Virus record (IMG/VR): IMGVR_UViG_3300045256_000094
Strand: one strand, 5' to 3'
Length of the DNA: 13,975 nucleotides
Origin: a virus
The position numbers and the translations under genes are program-made. Below the pieces are notes generated by a model. That model was not told the DNA's origin. It searched no databases and worked only from the letters and a program-made list of their open reading frames with translations. Of this stretch, positions 13,475 through 13,975 are shown in pieces. Position 1 is the stretch's first letter, and the number at the start of each line of letters is the position of its first letter.

Positions 13475-13498
13475 TCTGGACGATCAGTGGCAGGCCGG

Positions 13499-13975
13499 TC
13501 ACTTCTTGGCAGGCCCGGCTTCCGCCGCCTTGATCCACTTGGCGGCGTCGAAGTTCAGGTCGGCCTGTGTGTCCCCGTATCCGATGCTCGGGGTCTTGGT
13601 GACGATCCCCCGCTCGACGCAGAACTTCACGATCTCGGTCTGCGTCTTACGGAACTGCTCGTCGTAGACGATGACGCCGATCTCGTCGTCGCCGTAGAAC
13701 TTCGTCTCCTTGCAGCACTGACGCATGTCGGCGGCGTTCAGGTTGCTGAACTTGGCCCCGAGGGCGACGAACGCCTCGTCGGTCGTCAGCATCTCGTTGG
13801 CCTTGTAGAACGTCTCGATGATGCAGCAGGCCGCACGGTCCCCGCCCGGCTTGGCGAGGCTGTCGGTGCTGAACGCCACGCTGTCCACGATCTCGCCGGG
13901 GATCAGGCTGCTGTCGGCGAGCCGGTGGGCCTTGTCGTTGGTGCGGAGCGTCTGGAGGACGAACGGGTTCCACAC
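13499..13975 (-). CDS. ABC transporter periplasmic substrate-binding protein, C-terminal ~158 aa (gene continues beyond the right edge)
   Basis: The ORF is open to the window edge, so the apparent GTG start at 13975 is an edge artefact. It lies upstream of the cognate permease and ATPase. The assignment rests mostly on operon context; the sequence (..IPGEIVDSVAFSTDSL...NFDAAKWIKAAEAG) is compatible with NMT1/SsuA-like binding proteins, but I cannot verify this. Confidence 0.6.
   Translation of the reverse strand: MWNPFVLQTLRTNDKAHRLADSSLIPGEIVDSVAFSTDSLAKPGGDRAACCIIETFYKANEMLTTDEAFVALGAKFSNLNAADMRQCCKETKFYGDDEIGVIVYDEQFRKTQTEIVKFCVERGIVTKTPSIGYGDTQADLNFDAAKWIKAAEAGPAKK

Noticed and set aside
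1-13975. Looked for mobile-element boundaries: integrase, transposase, terminal inverted repeats, att-like direct repeats, or an abrupt compositional switch between the ABC transporter genes and the virus-like genes.
   Set aside because: None is visible. Codon style and gene packing are uniform across 10324..13975, and the ATPase gene is operonically joined to the next gene. No prophage/host junction can be placed inside this window.

Overview
This GC-rich window is very tightly packed. I can support 18 protein-coding genes: 17 on the minus strand and one, a UvsW-like SF2 helicase, on the plus strand. I see no rRNA, tRNA, CRISPR array, integrase or transposase. From right to left on the minus strand the genes are: a NitT/TauT-type ABC importer (substrate-binding protein, intrinsic terminator, permease, ATPase); a small secreted protein; a T4-Pnk-like kinase/HAD phosphatase; a run of tiny envelope proteins (a 3-TM protein, a lipoprotein, and a 38-aa TM micropeptide absent from the ORF track); a 94-aa Cys-containing acidic protein; a two-domain AAA+ ATPase; an HNH nuclease; and a GT-A glycosyltransferase. 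A divergent promoter region follows, then a minimised arginyl-tRNA synthetase paralog, a signal-peptide/TM-anchored protein with 29-aa tandem repeats, two ORFans, and a 5'-partial ORFan that the track also misses. Many gene junctions overlap (ATGA, GTGA, TAATG). Each of the four larger minus-strand intergenic gaps carries a TAGAnT -10-like motif. Taken together (UvsW-like helicase, Pnk-like enzyme, free-standing HNH, extra aaRS, many ORFans), the content looks like a large phage or prophage, but that is inference because no virion or integration genes lie in the window. The most interesting points are the complete ABC importer wired into the same operon as virus-like genes, the truncated ArgRS paralog together with the Pnkp-like enzyme, and the AAA+/HNH/GT and micro-envelope gene runs. 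All motif calls are by eye and from memory of family signatures. No database search was run.
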